64,000 nucleotides of DNA from a bacterium (GCA_037446635.1 JBBIIG010000009.1:18294-82293); one strand, 5' to 3'; positions 18,196 through 29,445 are shown, counted from the first letter of the stretch. Notes: generated from the sequence alone by a model not told the origin. Made by a program: numbers and translations.

Positions 18196-19314
18196 TCAGT
18201 TTATTTTGAAAATCCTTTTGAACGTTGCCGGTTTTTCTTTTGACGCCACTTGCGCCATCACCGACTCGGCGATTTTTTTGAAGGCCTGCGCCACCGGCGA
18301 TTTCGGCTCCGCAATCACAATGGGCTCGCCAATGTCGCCGCCCACGCGAATTTTGATATCCAGTGGAATTTCTCCCAAAAAGGGCACGTCGAAATCTTTG
18401 CTGGCTTTCTCGGCGCCGCCGTGGTCGAAAATCTCCGTGCGCTCGTGGCAGTGTGGGCACACGAAGTAGCTCATGTTTTCCACCAACCCTAAAACCGGCA
18501 CCTCCACTTTTTTGAACATGTTGATGCCCTTTTTGGCGTCGGAGAGGGCGACGTCCTGCGGCGTGCTCACCACCACGGCGCCGGTCAGCGGCAGCGATTG
18601 CGTGAGGGTGAGCTGCGCGTCGCCGGTGCCCGGCGGCAAGTCGATGATCAAATAATCCAACTCACCCCAATCGACGTCCTGCAAAAACTGCTGGATCATT
18701 CTGCCCACTAACGGCCCGCGCCAAATGATAGCGGCATCGCCCTGCGAAATAAATCCCACCGAAACCATCTCCACATTGTAGCGCTCCAGCGGCGCGATTT
18801 TGTTGTTGCGGCCGCCCAATTTGCCGTTGACGCCCATCATCATCGGCACGTTGGGGCCGTAAATGTCCGCGTCCAGCAATCCGACTTTCGCGCCGGTCTG
18901 CGCCAGCGCCACTGCAAGATTCACCGACACCGTGGTTTTGCCCACGCCGCCTTTGCCGCTGGCGACGGCGATGTTGTACTTCGCCGGCGGCTTGAGTTGC
19001 GGTTGCGGCATCGGCGGCCGCATCGCCGGTTGCGGCTGCGGAGGCGGAGTTGAAATGACCTTTAACGGATCGTTAACGCTAGTGTGGATGGTTACGTTGG
19101 AAATCCCAAGGGCTTGCAACGCTTCGCGCGCGTTCTTTTGAACGATTTCTTTATTGGGATAGGTGGGACTTTTGAACTCGATGGTCAGCGAAACTGCGCC
19201 ATCGTGCACCTGCACCTGTTTGATCATGTTTTGCGCGACCAGATTTTCCCCCGAGAGCGGCTCTTGTACATTTGACAACGCAGCGAGAACGTCCTGTTCG
19301 GTAATTCTATTCAT
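18196..19314 (-). CDS. mrp: Fe-S cluster carrier ATPase Mrp/ApbC
   Basis: DUF59-like N-term, GKGGVGKT, DADIYGP, DLPPGTGD, ENMS..CPHC. Confidence 0.95.
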   Translation of the reverse strand: MNRITEQDVLAALSNVQEPLSGENLVAQNMIKQVQVHDGAVSLTIEFKSPTYPNKEIVQKNAREALQALGISNVTIHTSVNDPLKVISTPPPQPQPAMRPPMPQPQLKPPAKYNIAVASGKGGVGKTTVSVNLAVALAQTGAKVGLLDADIYGPNVPMMMGVNGKLGGRNNKIAPLERYNVEMVSVGFISQGDAAIIWRGPLVGRMIQQFLQDVDWGELDYLIIDLPPGTGDAQLTLTQSLPLTGAVVVSTPQDVALSDAKKGINMFKKVEVPVLGLVENMSYFVCPHCHERTEIFDHGGAEKASKDFDVPFLGEIPLDIKIRVGGDIGEPIVIAEPKSPVAQAFKKIAESVMAQVASKEKPATFKRIFKIN

Positions 19315-19434
19315 AAAAACAAACCTCTTATATCGCTTAATTTTATGATAAATTTGAAGATTAATTTAGAAGAAAAAATCCCAAAGTCAATTACTTTTAG
19401 AGGAGGATGGCGGCCGTTAATTTTAGTGTGAGAG

Positions 19435-21213
19435 TTAGAACGGCCAAAATTGCGGAATGAGCAGAGTTGCCAGCAGCCAGAATAAGAGATTCAGCGGCGC
19501 GCCGATGCGCACAAAATCTGTGAATTTGTACTGGCCAGGGCCGTAGATGAGCGTATTGGTTTGATAGCCCACCGGCGTCATGAAGCTGGAGGAAGCGGCG
19601 AAGGTCACCGCCATCAGGAACGGACGCGGGTCCACGCCGAGGGAATCGGCGGTGACGATGGCAATCGGCGCAAGCAAGGCCGCGGTGGCGTTGTTCGACA
19701 TAGCTTCCGTCACCAGGGAGGTGAGCAGATAAAACGCCGCCACCACGGCCAGCGGGCCCCAGGTGCCGATTGATTTGATCATGGCCGACGAGATTAACAT
19801 TGCGGCACCGGTTTTTTCCAGAGCCGTGCCCAGCGAAAGCACGCCGGCCAGCAAAAAAATCACCTTCCATTCCACGGCTTTGTAGGCGTCTTCCATATCG
19901 AGGCAGCGAGTCAACAGCATCAAGACGCCGCCCGTAATGGCGCCCACCACGATGGGCACAATATTGAACGCCGCGGCCAGCACCACCGCGGCGACAATCG
20001 CCACCGCCGGCATAACCTTGCGCTTGCGAAAGGTGGGAAGGCCGACTTCGGAAACGACGAGGAAGGCCTCGTGTTCCTCGAGATGAATGAGATGATCGCG
20101 CCGAATCTTCACCAGCAGCACGTCACCGGCGCGCAGCGGGGTGGTCTCCAGATTTTCATGCACGGTTTCGCCGCGATGCCGCAGCACCAGCACCGTGCCG
20201 CCGAAATGGTTGCGGAAGCGGATGCTTTTCAACGTTTTGCCATCCAAAACCGAGTTCGGCGCGATCACCGCTTCCACCAGCATTGCCTCCTCCGACTCCA
20301 ACTCCTCGTCGCGCCATTTGATCTCGGGCTTCAAAACGATGCCTTTGCGCTGTTGCAGTTGCTTGATCTTCTCGACCTCGCAGCGCACTCGCAGCACGTC
20401 GTTGGCGGCGAGCACGGTTTCCGCAGTGGGAAATGGAATCAGCCGGTCATCACGCCGCACCTCCAAAATGTCGAGATCGAGGTCTTTGGCCAGGGGCGAA
20501 TTCGCCACCGATTTGCCGACCGATTCCGCCTCCGGCTGCAGCACCACGTCGATCAAATAATCACCCATGCCAAAGGTTTGCGTGAGGTCGCCTTGGCTGC
20601 GACGATCGGGGATCAAACGGATGCCGATGAAGATGATGTACAGCAGGCCGACGCCGAAGAAAATCGCCCCCAGCGGCGTGAACTCGAACATGCCGAAGGC
20701 CGGCTGGCCGTGGCGCTCGGCAATGGCGCCGACCAAAATATTCGTGGAGCTGCCAATCAGCGTGCACACGCCGCCGAACATGGAGGCGAAGGACAGCGGC
20801 ATCAACAGCTTAGAGGGGCTGGCGTCGAGATCGCGCGCGACGCCGAGCAGGAGCGGCAGAAAAATCGCCACCACCGGCGTGTTGTTGATGAAGCTGGATA
20901 GGACGCCGGCGATGAGCATGGTCACGATCAACGCGAGCCAGAAATTAATTTTGAATAGCCGGCTCAACGCGCGCCCGAGATGATTCACTGCGCCGGTTTT
21001 GAATAAACCCGCGCTGAGCACAAACATAGCGCCGACGGTGATGGTGGCGGTGTTGCTGAAGCCCGCTAACCCTTCCTCCGGCGAGATGATGCCGCTTACC
21101 AGCAACGCGCCCATCACCAGCAGCGCCACCAGATCGACCGGCAGCTTCTCGGTGGCAAACAGGATGACGGCGATGACAACCAGCGCGAGGACAAATGCGA
21201 TTTCGAAGGTCAT
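19435..21213 (-). CDS. SLC13/DASS family permease with two TrkA-C domains
   Basis: [32 protein letters not shown]; central RCK_C repeats. Confidence 0.92.
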   Translation of the reverse strand: MTFEIAFVLALVVIAVILFATEKLPVDLVALLVMGALLVSGIISPEEGLAGFSNTATITVGAMFVLSAGLFKTGAVNHLGRALSRLFKINFWLALIVTMLIAGVLSSFINNTPVVAIFLPLLLGVARDLDASPSKLLMPLSFASMFGGVCTLIGSSTNILVGAIAERHGQPAFGMFEFTPLGAIFFGVGLLYIIFIGIRLIPDRRSQGDLTQTFGMGDYLIDVVLQPEAESVGKSVANSPLAKDLDLDILEVRRDDRLIPFPTAETVLAANDVLRVRCEVEKIKQLQQRKGIVLKPEIKWRDEELESEEAMLVEAVIAPNSVLDGKTLKSIRFRNHFGGTVLVLRHRGETVHENLETTPLRAGDVLLVKIRRDHLIHLEEHEAFLVVSEVGLPTFRKRKVMPAVAIVAAVVLAAAFNIVPIVVGAITGGVLMLLTRCLDMEDAYKAVEWKVIFLLAGVLSLGTALEKTGAAMLISSAMIKSIGTWGPLAVVAAFYLLTSLVTEAMSNNATAALLAPIAIVTADSLGVDPRPFLMAVTFAASSSFMTPVGYQTNTLIYGPGQYKFTDFVRIGAPLNLLFWLLATLLIPQFWPF

Positions 21214-21225
21214 ATTAAACTTTCA

Positions 21226-22269
21226 TCAAAACGCAAATTGGGCGTTGATCAACAGTTGCAGATTTTCGATATCGCGATCGGTGGGGAGGATAAAATTGAC
21301 TTGCAGCTCCGTGGCCTGGGTGGGCCACAGGTTATATCCGAAAATGATGAGGTGGGTATCGTCCTGAAAACCGTCGGTTTCAAAAAAATCCCCGCGCAGT
21401 AGAAGCTGAGATTGGCCCGTGATCATATAACCTCCCGTCACATAAAAGCCAAAGGGATTTCTATTTGCCCCGAAGTCCGCATCCAGATCGGCGTAAATCA
21501 CCTCGCTGCTGAGCAGAAGCCGATCGCGCGCCCAGCGGAAATCTGCGCCCAGCAGAAAACGCGTTCCGGCAAAATGGTTTGTCAAGCCCGTCAGCGAGAC
21601 GCCGTCGTCCGCGCTCACCGCCACGTTCACGCCAATCTCCAAACGACTCTTTTCATCGTTTCGAGAAGGAAAAGTGGAGAGCCGCGCCGAATAGAGAAAA
21701 TGGTTGTTGTCGTTGTTATTGCGGCCGAAACCATTGCCATTGAACACGCCTACCGCCAGGGACGTAACTTCGGGCTTGAGCCAGGCCGTCGCTTGGACGC
21801 CGATCTGACGCGCCGGCGACAGGGCAGTGACCACCTGCGCGCGATTGACAAAATCGATGGCGCCGGCGCTGGTCAGAAATTCTTTGCTGAACGGCGCTTT
21901 GAACTGGCCCACATCAATGATGAACCGCGGGGAGACGCGCAGGTACATGCGCGCATCCAGAATAGCTGGCGAACGCACGAAGTTGGTTTGCAGGAAATAG
22001 CCAAATCCCCGATCCAGTTCGCCGGAGATCTTCAATCGCAAGTTGGCGACATTGAAACCGTTGTTGCCGACGAAACTCCTCTCCGGTTGAAAGTCGCCGA
22101 CCGTCTGCAAAAGGAAGCCGATGCTGAGATATTCCTTTTTGAAGGTCTCGGTCAACTGTTTGAAGCGGGGCTCGTCGTTGTCGGGGTTTTGGGCGGCGCT
22201 CGTTTGGGGAGATGAAAGGATGAGCCAACCGGCCGTGATGATCGTCAAAATCCACTGCAATGGTTTCAT
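21226..22269 (-). CDS. Outer membrane porin (OprO/OprP-like)
   Basis: Signal peptide, VGQFKAPFS.E, GVFNGNG, terminal aromatic QFAF. Confidence 0.8.
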   Translation of the reverse strand: MKPLQWILTIITAGWLILSSPQTSAAQNPDNDEPRFKQLTETFKKEYLSIGFLLQTVGDFQPERSFVGNNGFNVANLRLKISGELDRGFGYFLQTNFVRSPAILDARMYLRVSPRFIIDVGQFKAPFSKEFLTSAGAIDFVNRAQVVTALSPARQIGVQATAWLKPEVTSLAVGVFNGNGFGRNNNDNNHFLYSARLSTFPSRNDEKSRLEIGVNVAVSADDGVSLTGLTNHFAGTRFLLGADFRWARDRLLLSSEVIYADLDADFGANRNPFGFYVTGGYMITGQSQLLLRGDFFETDGFQDDTHLIIFGYNLWPTQATELQVNFILPTDRDIENLQLLINAQFAF

Positions 22270-22583
22270 GCCATCTCCTTGTGTTTATGATTATGATTGA
22301 TTGCTAAGAATCGCAATGCTATCTGCGCGCGCACTTCGACCCCTTCTTTTTTAAGAGTGGATTTGGGTCGGACGTTAGCAAAAACGCTTTTCTCTTTGCG
22401 AGCCTGAATAATTCATGAATTTATCAACTCGGCAGATTTTCTCCATTGCCAGCGCAGTCGCTGCAACGGCCCCAACTGAGCCCAGGATCTACCGGATAGA
22501 CCGAAACGCCCGCCTCCGTTAGATACTGATAAGCAAGCGCCTTCAGCGATACGAGGTCGTGAGAGCAGCGACATAGTCGCGGA

Positions 22584-23471
22584 TTATGAAGTATAGGGAT
22601 GAATGCCGAAAATCCTGCCGAGAAACTCGCCGAACAGATACGTCGCCACGGCGGTGCCGAGAGTCAGCAGCGAGCTTTCGAGAAACTCTTTTCCAAAATG
22701 ACGCTCGAAGAGCACCGCGGAATAGAACGTAAAATAGGCGGTCAGCAGCATGGCCATGACCAGCGAAATAATGAATGCCGCGAGCATGTGGTGCGTCAGA
22801 AAATATGGCAGGGCGAGCGCGACCACCGCCAGAATATACGAGAACCCGGTAATCAGCGCGGAGGTCAGAGGATTGCGCTCCGTGCTCTGCTTGGCTTGCA
22901 AATAGGCGGCGGTTCCCATCGAGATGGCGGCGGCAAAGCCCACGATCAACCCGGCGACGCCGGCCATGGTGGTGGAGCTGGTGACGCCGAGGAATCCCGC
23001 GTGCACGCCCGTAATTTCGATGATGGCGTCGGCCAGCCCCAGAACGATGAAGCCTAAATATTTGACCACGCCCTCGTTAATCTGGCCGATGAAGAAATCC
23101 TCGTGCTTCTCTTCGTCGGCGATCATCCGCTCCAGCCGCGCTCCGACTTCCCCATCGAATTGCGGTTGAATTCGCCGATATTCTTCGATGACCTGTTTTT
23201 CGTGGCGCTCCAGAAACTTGACGGCGAACGTCAGGCCGAAGAAATAGCGCAGCAGCACGACGAAGTTCAGGAAAAAACGCCGGCTCCGCGGCACATACCC
23301 ATTGAGGACATCCTTCCAAAATTGGTAGTGTTCTTCTTCCTGTTGTGAAAGCTGCTGCAGAATTTCCTTGCGCTCGGAAATCTTTTCGCGCGCCGCAAGC
23401 TTTTTGTACACCAGATGATCGGTGTATTCGTCCTCGCAGTAATTGATTAGTTCTTTTCGAGTTGGCGCCAT
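22584..23471 (-). CDS. Rubrerythrin-like + VIT1/CCC1 membrane protein
   Basis: EEEHY and DEEKHE diiron-type motifs; VLGLADAIIE, AISMG..YL TM domain. Confidence 0.85.
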   Translation of the reverse strand: MAPTRKELINYCEDEYTDHLVYKKLAAREKISERKEILQQLSQQEEEHYQFWKDVLNGYVPRSRRFFLNFVVLLRYFFGLTFAVKFLERHEKQVIEEYRRIQPQFDGEVGARLERMIADEEKHEDFFIGQINEGVVKYLGFIVLGLADAIIEITGVHAGFLGVTSSTTMAGVAGLIVGFAAAISMGTAAYLQAKQSTERNPLTSALITGFSYILAVVALALPYFLTHHMLAAFIISLVMAMLLTAYFTFYSAVLFERHFGKEFLESSLLTLGTAVATYLFGEFLGRIFGIHPYTS

Positions 23472-23685
23472 GGGAATGATGTGATTCTCCCTTCGTAGTT
23501 TTCGTATCAAGTGAGCCTGGTTTTGAATTTAGGCAAAGACTTCTCCAGCAGCAATGGCCCCGGCTTGCACGTTTTTTTTCCTCAACCAGCGTGTGAATTC
23601 TCAGAGCCGTCGAAGGCGCGACGCGCGGCGAAAATATCCTTTTGGCGCCGCGTTTTCATTTGGAATTTTTTAAAACGCTGACTAT

Positions 23686-23717
23686 AAATGCCAGGCACTT
23701 AAAAGTGCCTGGCATTT
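23686..23717. repeat. Palindrome AAATGCCAGGCACTT-AA-AAGTGCCTGGCATTT
   Basis: 15-bp perfect inverted repeat; REP-like or terminator. Confidence 0.6.
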
Positions 23718-23770
23718 CCGCACGATAAACTAAGTACACCAGGATCAAAATGCTTGTAGGGTTTCAAATA

Positions 23771-25003
23771 CTAAATTTTGGCTACCTCCATTCTCAACAA
23801 ATTCAGCGCCGCCTGCACCGTGCGTTCTTTGTTGGTGATGCGATCGTTGATGAAGAGCATGCGTTTGCTGTATGACTCGCCGGCTTTGGCGAAGCCGATG
23901 TAAACCAGTCCCACTGGTTTCTCCGGCGTGCCGCCGGTTGGTCCAGCGATGCCAGTGGTTGAAACCCCAAAGTCCGCGCCGCTGATTTCGCGAACACCCT
24001 CTGCCATCGCAACAGCGCATTCGGCGCTCACCGCGCCAAATTTTTCGATGAGCTCGGCCGGCACGCCGAGGATATCAACTTTCGCGCGGTTGCTGTATGC
24101 CACCACGCCGCGCTCAAAATAGGCGGAGCTGCCGGAGATGTTCGTCAGCTTGTGGGCCAGCAGTCCGCCGGTGCACGACTCCGCCACCGCCACGGTTTTC
24201 TTCGTTTCAAAAAATAGTTGCGCCACCACCTCTTCCAAATCGCCGTCGTCGTAAGCATAAATAAATTCGCCAGCGCGCACGCGGACAATTTGAAGCGCGC
24301 GCGCCAGACGCGACTCGCACTCGGCCGCATCCATTCCGTGAACAGTGAGACGAATGTCCACGCCCGTGGATTTCGGCAAAAACGCGACCTTCGCCAATTC
24401 TTCGAGTTGTTTGATATCCCCCAGTCGCTCAAACAGGCTCGACTCCGGAATACCGGTGGTGCGAACCGTTTTTTGCAGGATCGTCTGCCCTTTTCCTTTC
24501 AGCATCGGGAAGACGGTGGCTTCGCACATGGCTTTCATTTCAAACGGGACGCCCGGCAAGATGAAGCACAGTTTGCCGTCCCTTTCAAAGATTAGCCCCG
24601 GCGCCGTGCCCACCGGGTTGTCGATGATTCGCGCTTTCTCCGGCACCTGCGCCTGCACTTCGTTGATGGCCGCCATCTTGATGCCGCGTGCGGCGAAAGC
24701 TTGTTTCAGCCGATCCAGAATTTCGGGTTTATAAACCAATTTCGAATCGAAAAATTCGGCGGCGACGTTTTTAGTGATGTCATCGTGCGTGGGGCCGAGG
24801 CCGCCGGTCATGATCACCATGTCAGCGCGGTGCATCGCGTTGGCGATGGCCTGTTTCAAATTGGCGGCGTCGTCGCCGACGGTGGTCGTCCATTTCACCT
24901 CCAAACCGAGGGCGGTTAACTGTTTGCCCAAATAAGCAGCGTTGCTGTTGACGATCTGTCCAATCAACAGCTCATCGCCAATGGTGATAATTTCGATTAC
25001 CAT
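23771..25003 (-). CDS. cinA: Competence/damage-inducible protein A (with PncC domain)
   Basis: IGDELL.G, GGLGPTHDD, NPVGTAPG, AESCTGG, TGIAGP. Confidence 0.95.
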   Translation of the reverse strand: MVIEIITIGDELLIGQIVNSNAAYLGKQLTALGLEVKWTTTVGDDAANLKQAIANAMHRADMVIMTGGLGPTHDDITKNVAAEFFDSKLVYKPEILDRLKQAFAARGIKMAAINEVQAQVPEKARIIDNPVGTAPGLIFERDGKLCFILPGVPFEMKAMCEATVFPMLKGKGQTILQKTVRTTGIPESSLFERLGDIKQLEELAKVAFLPKSTGVDIRLTVHGMDAAECESRLARALQIVRVRAGEFIYAYDDGDLEEVVAQLFFETKKTVAVAESCTGGLLAHKLTNISGSSAYFERGVVAYSNRAKVDILGVPAELIEKFGAVSAECAVAMAEGVREISGADFGVSTTGIAGPTGGTPEKPVGLVYIGFAKAGESYSKRMLFINDRITNKERTVQAALNLLRMEVAKI

Positions 25004-25455
25004 ATTTTTTCAACGAGCCAGTAAATCAGCCGCAGCGAAACAGCGCTATAAATTCCGGCTACCACATCGTCTATCATCACACCCCAGCCGCGGGGAAATT
25101 TTTCCACCAGCCGGACGGGATAGGGTTTGTAAATATCAAATAATCTAAAAAGAATGAAGCCAATTGCAAGCCATACTATTTTCTTTTCCATTAAGGTGAT
25201 CGTGATCAACATGCCGACGATCTCGTCGATGACGATTTGCTGATTGTCATGAGATTGCGTTGCCGTGTCCAAGCGAGTCGCCGCCCACACGCCGATAAAA
25301 AATAGCAAAACAATCGCGCCGCAGAAAAAGATGGATTCGCTGCCGGGGATGATCCAGTATAAAAAAAGGGCAACCAGGCTTCCTGCGGTTCCAGGCGAAA
25401 CAGGGATGTAGCCTAAAAACAATCCGGTGGCGATCAGGCGGGAGAGCAGTCCCAT
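24997..25455 (-). CDS. pgpA: Phosphatidylglycerophosphatase A
   Basis: PGTAGS, IVIDEIVG, FRLFDIYKP, GVMIDDVVAG. Confidence 0.95.
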   Translation of the reverse strand: MGLLSRLIATGLFLGYIPVSPGTAGSLVALFLYWIIPGSESIFFCGAIVLLFFIGVWAATRLDTATQSHDNQQIVIDEIVGMLITITLMEKKIVWLAIGFILFRLFDIYKPYPVRLVEKFPRGWGVMIDDVVAGIYSAVSLRLIYWLVEKIW

Positions 25456-26079
25456 TTAACGAACATTGGTTGGCATGAACACACGATAAAAGGAAATGAC
25501 CAGACTTTTGAGGTGATGGCGGTTGTCGTAAATATAAGAGATGCCGGTAGCGAGGGTAAAAAAAGTCACGAACAGCATCAAATAGTTTATGACATTCCAA
25601 TCTTCGAATTTCAAAAAAATAACCGGGAGGGATTCGTCTTCCTGGTAGCTGGCTTTGATAATCAACCAGATGAGAATGAAATAAATTGCAATCATCTGGC
25701 TGAAGGTTTTCCATTTGGCAAGGCTGCTGGTGGTGAACGTCTTGTTTTGATAGAGGGCGTAGGAACGCAGGCCGGTGATTAAAAAATCGCGCAGGGCGAT
25801 GACGGCAAACATCCAGAATTTGACGTAGCCGAGGTAAGTGAACATACCGAAGGCGGCGGCGATGAGCAGCTTGTCCGCCAATGGATCGAGGTATTTGCCA
25901 ATGCGCGTAACCTTGCCGTACCTGCGGGCAATGTAACCGTCGTACCAATCGGTGAAGGAGGCGAGTACAAAAATGCAAAAGGAGAGGTAGCGCGCCCACA
26001 CCACATCAATCGTTAGAGTAAAAGCGAAGACCGGAGTTAAAATTATCCGTATCAGGGTCAGTTGATTGGGCAGAGCCAT
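25456..26079 (-). CDS. pgsA: CDP-diacylglycerol--glycerol-3-phosphate 3-phosphatidyltransferase
   Basis: PNQLTLIR, TDWYDGYIAR...GKYLDPLADK. Confidence 0.95.
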   Translation of the reverse strand: MALPNQLTLIRIILTPVFAFTLTIDVVWARYLSFCIFVLASFTDWYDGYIARRYGKVTRIGKYLDPLADKLLIAAAFGMFTYLGYVKFWMFAVIALRDFLITGLRSYALYQNKTFTTSSLAKWKTFSQMIAIYFILIWLIIKASYQEDESLPVIFLKFEDWNVINYLMLFVTFFTLATGISYIYDNRHHLKSLVISFYRVFMPTNVR

Positions 26080-26137
26080 TGGACAACTCTCGGTTTGGTG
26101 GTTGGTGTGGTTTAGCGTCCCTTCAACATACTTCAAT

Positions 26138-26734
26138 CTACAATGCTATTCTTCCTTCTAAGGCGCGCGTCAGGGTGATTTCGTCGGCGTATTCGATATC
26201 CCCACCCACCGGCAGGCCGCGGGCGATGCGCGTGACTTTGATGTTGAGCGGCTTGATCAATTTATCCAGATAAATGGCGGTGGCCTCTCCTTCGGCGTTG
26301 GGATTGGTGGCGACGATCACCTCCCGCACGGCATCGTTCAACCTCGTCATCAGCTCTTTGATGCGCAAATCCTCGGGGCCGACGCCTTCCAGCGGCGAAA
26401 GCGCCCCGCCCAACACGTGATACAGTCCTTTAAACTCAGCCGTGCGCTCCAGCGCCAGCACATCGTTGGCTTCCTCAACCACGCAGATGACGCCGCGATC
26501 GCGATCACGGTGGCTGCAAATGTAGCACGGATCGGTTTCCGTGATGTTATAACAAATGGAGCAAAAGCTCACCTTTTCTTTCAACGCCGTCAGCGCCTCC
26601 GCCAACTCCTGAACTTCATGCTTCGGCAGCTTCAACAAATAAAACACCAACCGCTGCGCCGTCTTTCTGCCGATTCCCGGCAGCTTGTTCAGTTGCGAAA
26701 TCGCCTTTTCCAGGGATAGCGAAGGGTATTGCAT
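26138..26734 (-). CDS. recR: Recombination mediator RecR
   Basis: [12 protein letters not shown]4 zinc finger, [17 protein letters not shown]. Confidence 0.97.
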   Translation of the reverse strand: MQYPSLSLEKAISQLNKLPGIGRKTAQRLVFYLLKLPKHEVQELAEALTALKEKVSFCSICYNITETDPCYICSHRDRDRGVICVVEEANDVLALERTAEFKGLYHVLGGALSPLEGVGPEDLRIKELMTRLNDAVREVIVATNPNAEGEATAIYLDKLIKPLNIKVTRIARGLPVGGDIEYADEITLTRALEGRIAL

Positions 26735-26754
26735 CGCGAATCAAATTGTGAAGT

Positions 26755-27093
26755 TTACAAGCCTGGGATTTTAAACCCACTGGGCAAATTTCCCAACATG
26801 CCGCCGGCGGCTTTGCTCATTTCTTCGTTCGCCAGTTCCTGGGCTTTGGTCAGCGCCTGGTTGACGGCCGCCACGATCAGGTCTTCCAGCATTTCGACGT
26901 CGTCCGAACTCACCACCTGCTGGTCGATATGAATATCGAGGATTTCCTGTTTGCCGTTGGCAACCGCCGTCACCATGCCGCCGCCGGCCGTGCCTTCAAC
27001 TTTGAGGTTGCTCAGCTCATCTTGAACCTGTTGTATTTTTTCCTGCATTTTCTGAGCCTGCTTCAACAGCTCATTCAAACCAGGTTTTGCCAT
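26755..27093 (-). CDS. ybaB: YbaB/EbfC nucleoid-associated protein
   Basis: QAQKMQ, GTAGGGMV, MLEDLIVAAVN; dnaX-ybaB-recR synteny. Confidence 0.95.
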   Translation of the reverse strand: MAKPGLNELLKQAQKMQEKIQQVQDELSNLKVEGTAGGGMVTAVANGKQEILDIHIDQQVVSSDDVEMLEDLIVAAVNQALTKAQELANEEMSKAAGGMLGNLPSGFKIPGL

Positions 27094-27123
27094 ACGATTC
27101 TCCTTTAAGAAAATAAACAACGC

Positions 27124-28830
27124 TTATCGAACAATTTCGCCATCGAAGATTTCGATCACGCGCTTCACAATCGGGATTTGCAAAACATCTTCCGCGTTGG
27201 CCGGCGGAGCAGCGGCGGACGCGGCGGGTTTATGATGTGCAAGAATCTCCTTAAAATCTTCCGCCTCATTTTTCCGGCACTGGATTCGCAACTTGAAACC
27301 GGTTTTACTTAAAATGCTCTTCTCGATCAATTGACGGTTTTGGTTGAGGGTGTGGATGTGAAAACCGTTTTCTTTGCCAAACGCAATTTCCAGCACGCCG
27401 TCTTTCAAACCCGTGGGATAGCCCTCGTTGAGAAACGACCCCAGATGAATTTTGTTGCGCTTGAGCTCGTCAACGATCTCCGGCCATTTTTCTTTGATGG
27501 TATTCAACGAGGCTTCGATCATCTCATTCGGGATCACCGTTACCACTTTGCCGGCGCCGTTTTTGGGGTCGGCGCCAGGACCGGGGCGGTCGCTGACGAC
27601 TTTAACCGCGTTGGCCGCGTCGCCGGCCGCCTTCGGCTGCGAATAGGTCTTGCCGGGCTGCGGTGAATTCGATCCGCCAGAATTGAGGTTGGGCGAATTC
27701 TTCAAATTGTGAATATGCTCCAGCAGCGCGTCTAACTCCACGCTCTTTTCCATTTTAATCAACTTCACCATCAACATCTCCAAAATGGTTTTGGGATTGG
27801 GGCTGCGTTTGATGGCGAAGGCGGTTTCCGAACACAGCTTGACGAGCCGCAGCAAATCGGTTTCGGAAAATGACTTCGTCGCTTCCTGATAGCGGGGAAG
27901 ATAGGTATCGAGGCCCTCCAGCAGCTCCGCCTGGTTGGTGGATTTCAACACCAAAATGTTGCGGAAATGCTCGGTGAGGCCGTTGAGGAACTCGCCTAAA
28001 TCGTACCCGTGATTGAAAATTTTTTCGGCGAGCTGCAGGCCGGCGGAAATATCTTTGCTGGCGATGCAATCGGAGCACTCGAAAAAAAGCTCGAAATCGA
28101 TCAGCCCCAACAACTCCGAAAGGTCGCCGGCGCTGACTTCCGCGCCACAAAACGACACCACCTGATCCAGCAAGCTCTGGCTATCGCGCATGCTGCCGTC
28201 GGCTTTTTTGGCGATGAGATAGAGGGATTCGTCGTCAATTGTGATGTTTTCTTTTTCGCAAATCATCCGCAACTGCTGGACGATTTCAGCCAGCGGGATG
28301 CGCCGGAAATCGTAGCGCTGACAGCGAGACAAGATCGTGGCCGGAACTTTGTGGGGTTCGGTGGTGGCAAAAATGAACAGCACCCGCGGCGGCGGCTCTT
28401 CGAGGGTTTTGAGCAGCGCGTTGAACGCCTCGTTGGTGAGCATGTGCACTTCATCGATGATGTAGATTTTGTGCTTGCCTTTGGGGGCGGCGTATTTCAG
28501 ATTATCGCGGAGATTGCGGACTTCGTCTATGCCGCGGTTGGAGGCGCCGTCGATTTCAAACACGTCGAGGCTGCGGCCGGTGGTGATTTCGGTGCAACTT
28601 GCACACTGGTTGCAGGGAGTGGGCGTCGGGCCGTGGTCGCAGTTGATGGCTTTAGCAAAAATTCGCGCCGTGGTGGTTTTGCCCACGCCGCGCGGCCCGG
28701 AGAATAAATAGGCGGTAGCCAGCCGGTTATTTTTGATGGCGTTCATTAAAGTAGTGGCGACGTGATTTTGTGCCACTACTTCGCCGAATTGCATTGGCCG
28801 CCATTTTCTGGCTAACACCAAGTATGACAT
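27124..28830 (-). CDS. dnaX: DNA polymerase III subunit gamma/tau
   Basis: LARKWRP, GPRGVGKTT, EIDGASN, IIDEVHML, SRC. Confidence 0.97.
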   Translation of the reverse strand: MSYLVLARKWRPMQFGEVVAQNHVATTLMNAIKNNRLATAYLFSGPRGVGKTTTARIFAKAINCDHGPTPTPCNQCASCTEITTGRSLDVFEIDGASNRGIDEVRNLRDNLKYAAPKGKHKIYIIDEVHMLTNEAFNALLKTLEEPPPRVLFIFATTEPHKVPATILSRCQRYDFRRIPLAEIVQQLRMICEKENITIDDESLYLIAKKADGSMRDSQSLLDQVVSFCGAEVSAGDLSELLGLIDFELFFECSDCIASKDISAGLQLAEKIFNHGYDLGEFLNGLTEHFRNILVLKSTNQAELLEGLDTYLPRYQEATKSFSETDLLRLVKLCSETAFAIKRSPNPKTILEMLMVKLIKMEKSVELDALLEHIHNLKNSPNLNSGGSNSPQPGKTYSQPKAAGDAANAVKVVSDRPGPGADPKNGAGKVVTVIPNEMIEASLNTIKEKWPEIVDELKRNKIHLGSFLNEGYPTGLKDGVLEIAFGKENGFHIHTLNQNRQLIEKSILSKTGFKLRIQCRKNEAEDFKEILAHHKPAASAAAPPANAEDVLQIPIVKRVIEIFDGEIVR

Positions 28831-29089
28831 TCTCTTTTCCTCCGCGCCTTTGCTGTCTTCTGTCAGGTTGAGTTCTGGCTCGCTTTAACCTCATTGGACT
28901 TTAACGACTTGTAGCCAGATTTTAGGTACGTTCCCACTGTGCTTCCCTTGAACATGTGGCGGCTCATTTTCATCTGAAGAGTAGAAGTGGAACAAATAAC
29001 CGCCAATTTTCCGCGAGGGCATCTCGACTAATCACCCCTCAGCCCACCAATCCCATTAATCCAGCACGTCATTATTCCAACAAGAGTTT

Positions 29090-29365
29090 GGCTGTGCACC
29101 TGTCTCCGACTCTTCCTTCCCCACGAGAGATGTCCTACAAAAAACTCCGGCCAAGCAAAACCATCGGCACATAAAATAAATGCTTACCGCTGCTACCTTC
29201 CGGTCCTGACGGGGTTGGGCTATATTTTATTGCGAAGGACTTGAACCATCAACGTCTTTTTGCGGAATCTCTGGCATGGGGGGAGTAAGCCTCGGACAGG
29301 AATTCGACCCTGCTATAGCGGATTGCAGGCAACAGGGCACCGCTAACTCCCCGTCTAGCACAGCC
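29090..29365 (-). ncRNA. ffs: Large (Alu-containing) bacterial SRP RNA
   Basis: 5' GGCTGTGCTAGACGGGGAG..TAGCGGTGCCCTGT..CCTGCAATCCGCT, helix 8 TCAGGACCGGAAGGTAGCAGC, complementary ends; upstream of dnaX. Confidence 0.9.
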
Positions 29366-29371
29366 TTTTTG

Positions 29372-29445
<74 letters not shown>

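Noticed and set aside
22430..22580. c-di-AMP (ydaO) or TPP riboswitch
   Set aside because: Isolated words (CGCTGAA, ACGGAGG, ACCTCGTA) occur, but not in the order or pairing of those families
27124..28830. Programmed frameshift producing DnaX gamma
   Set aside because: No A AAA AAG or long A-run slippery site noticed at the expected position
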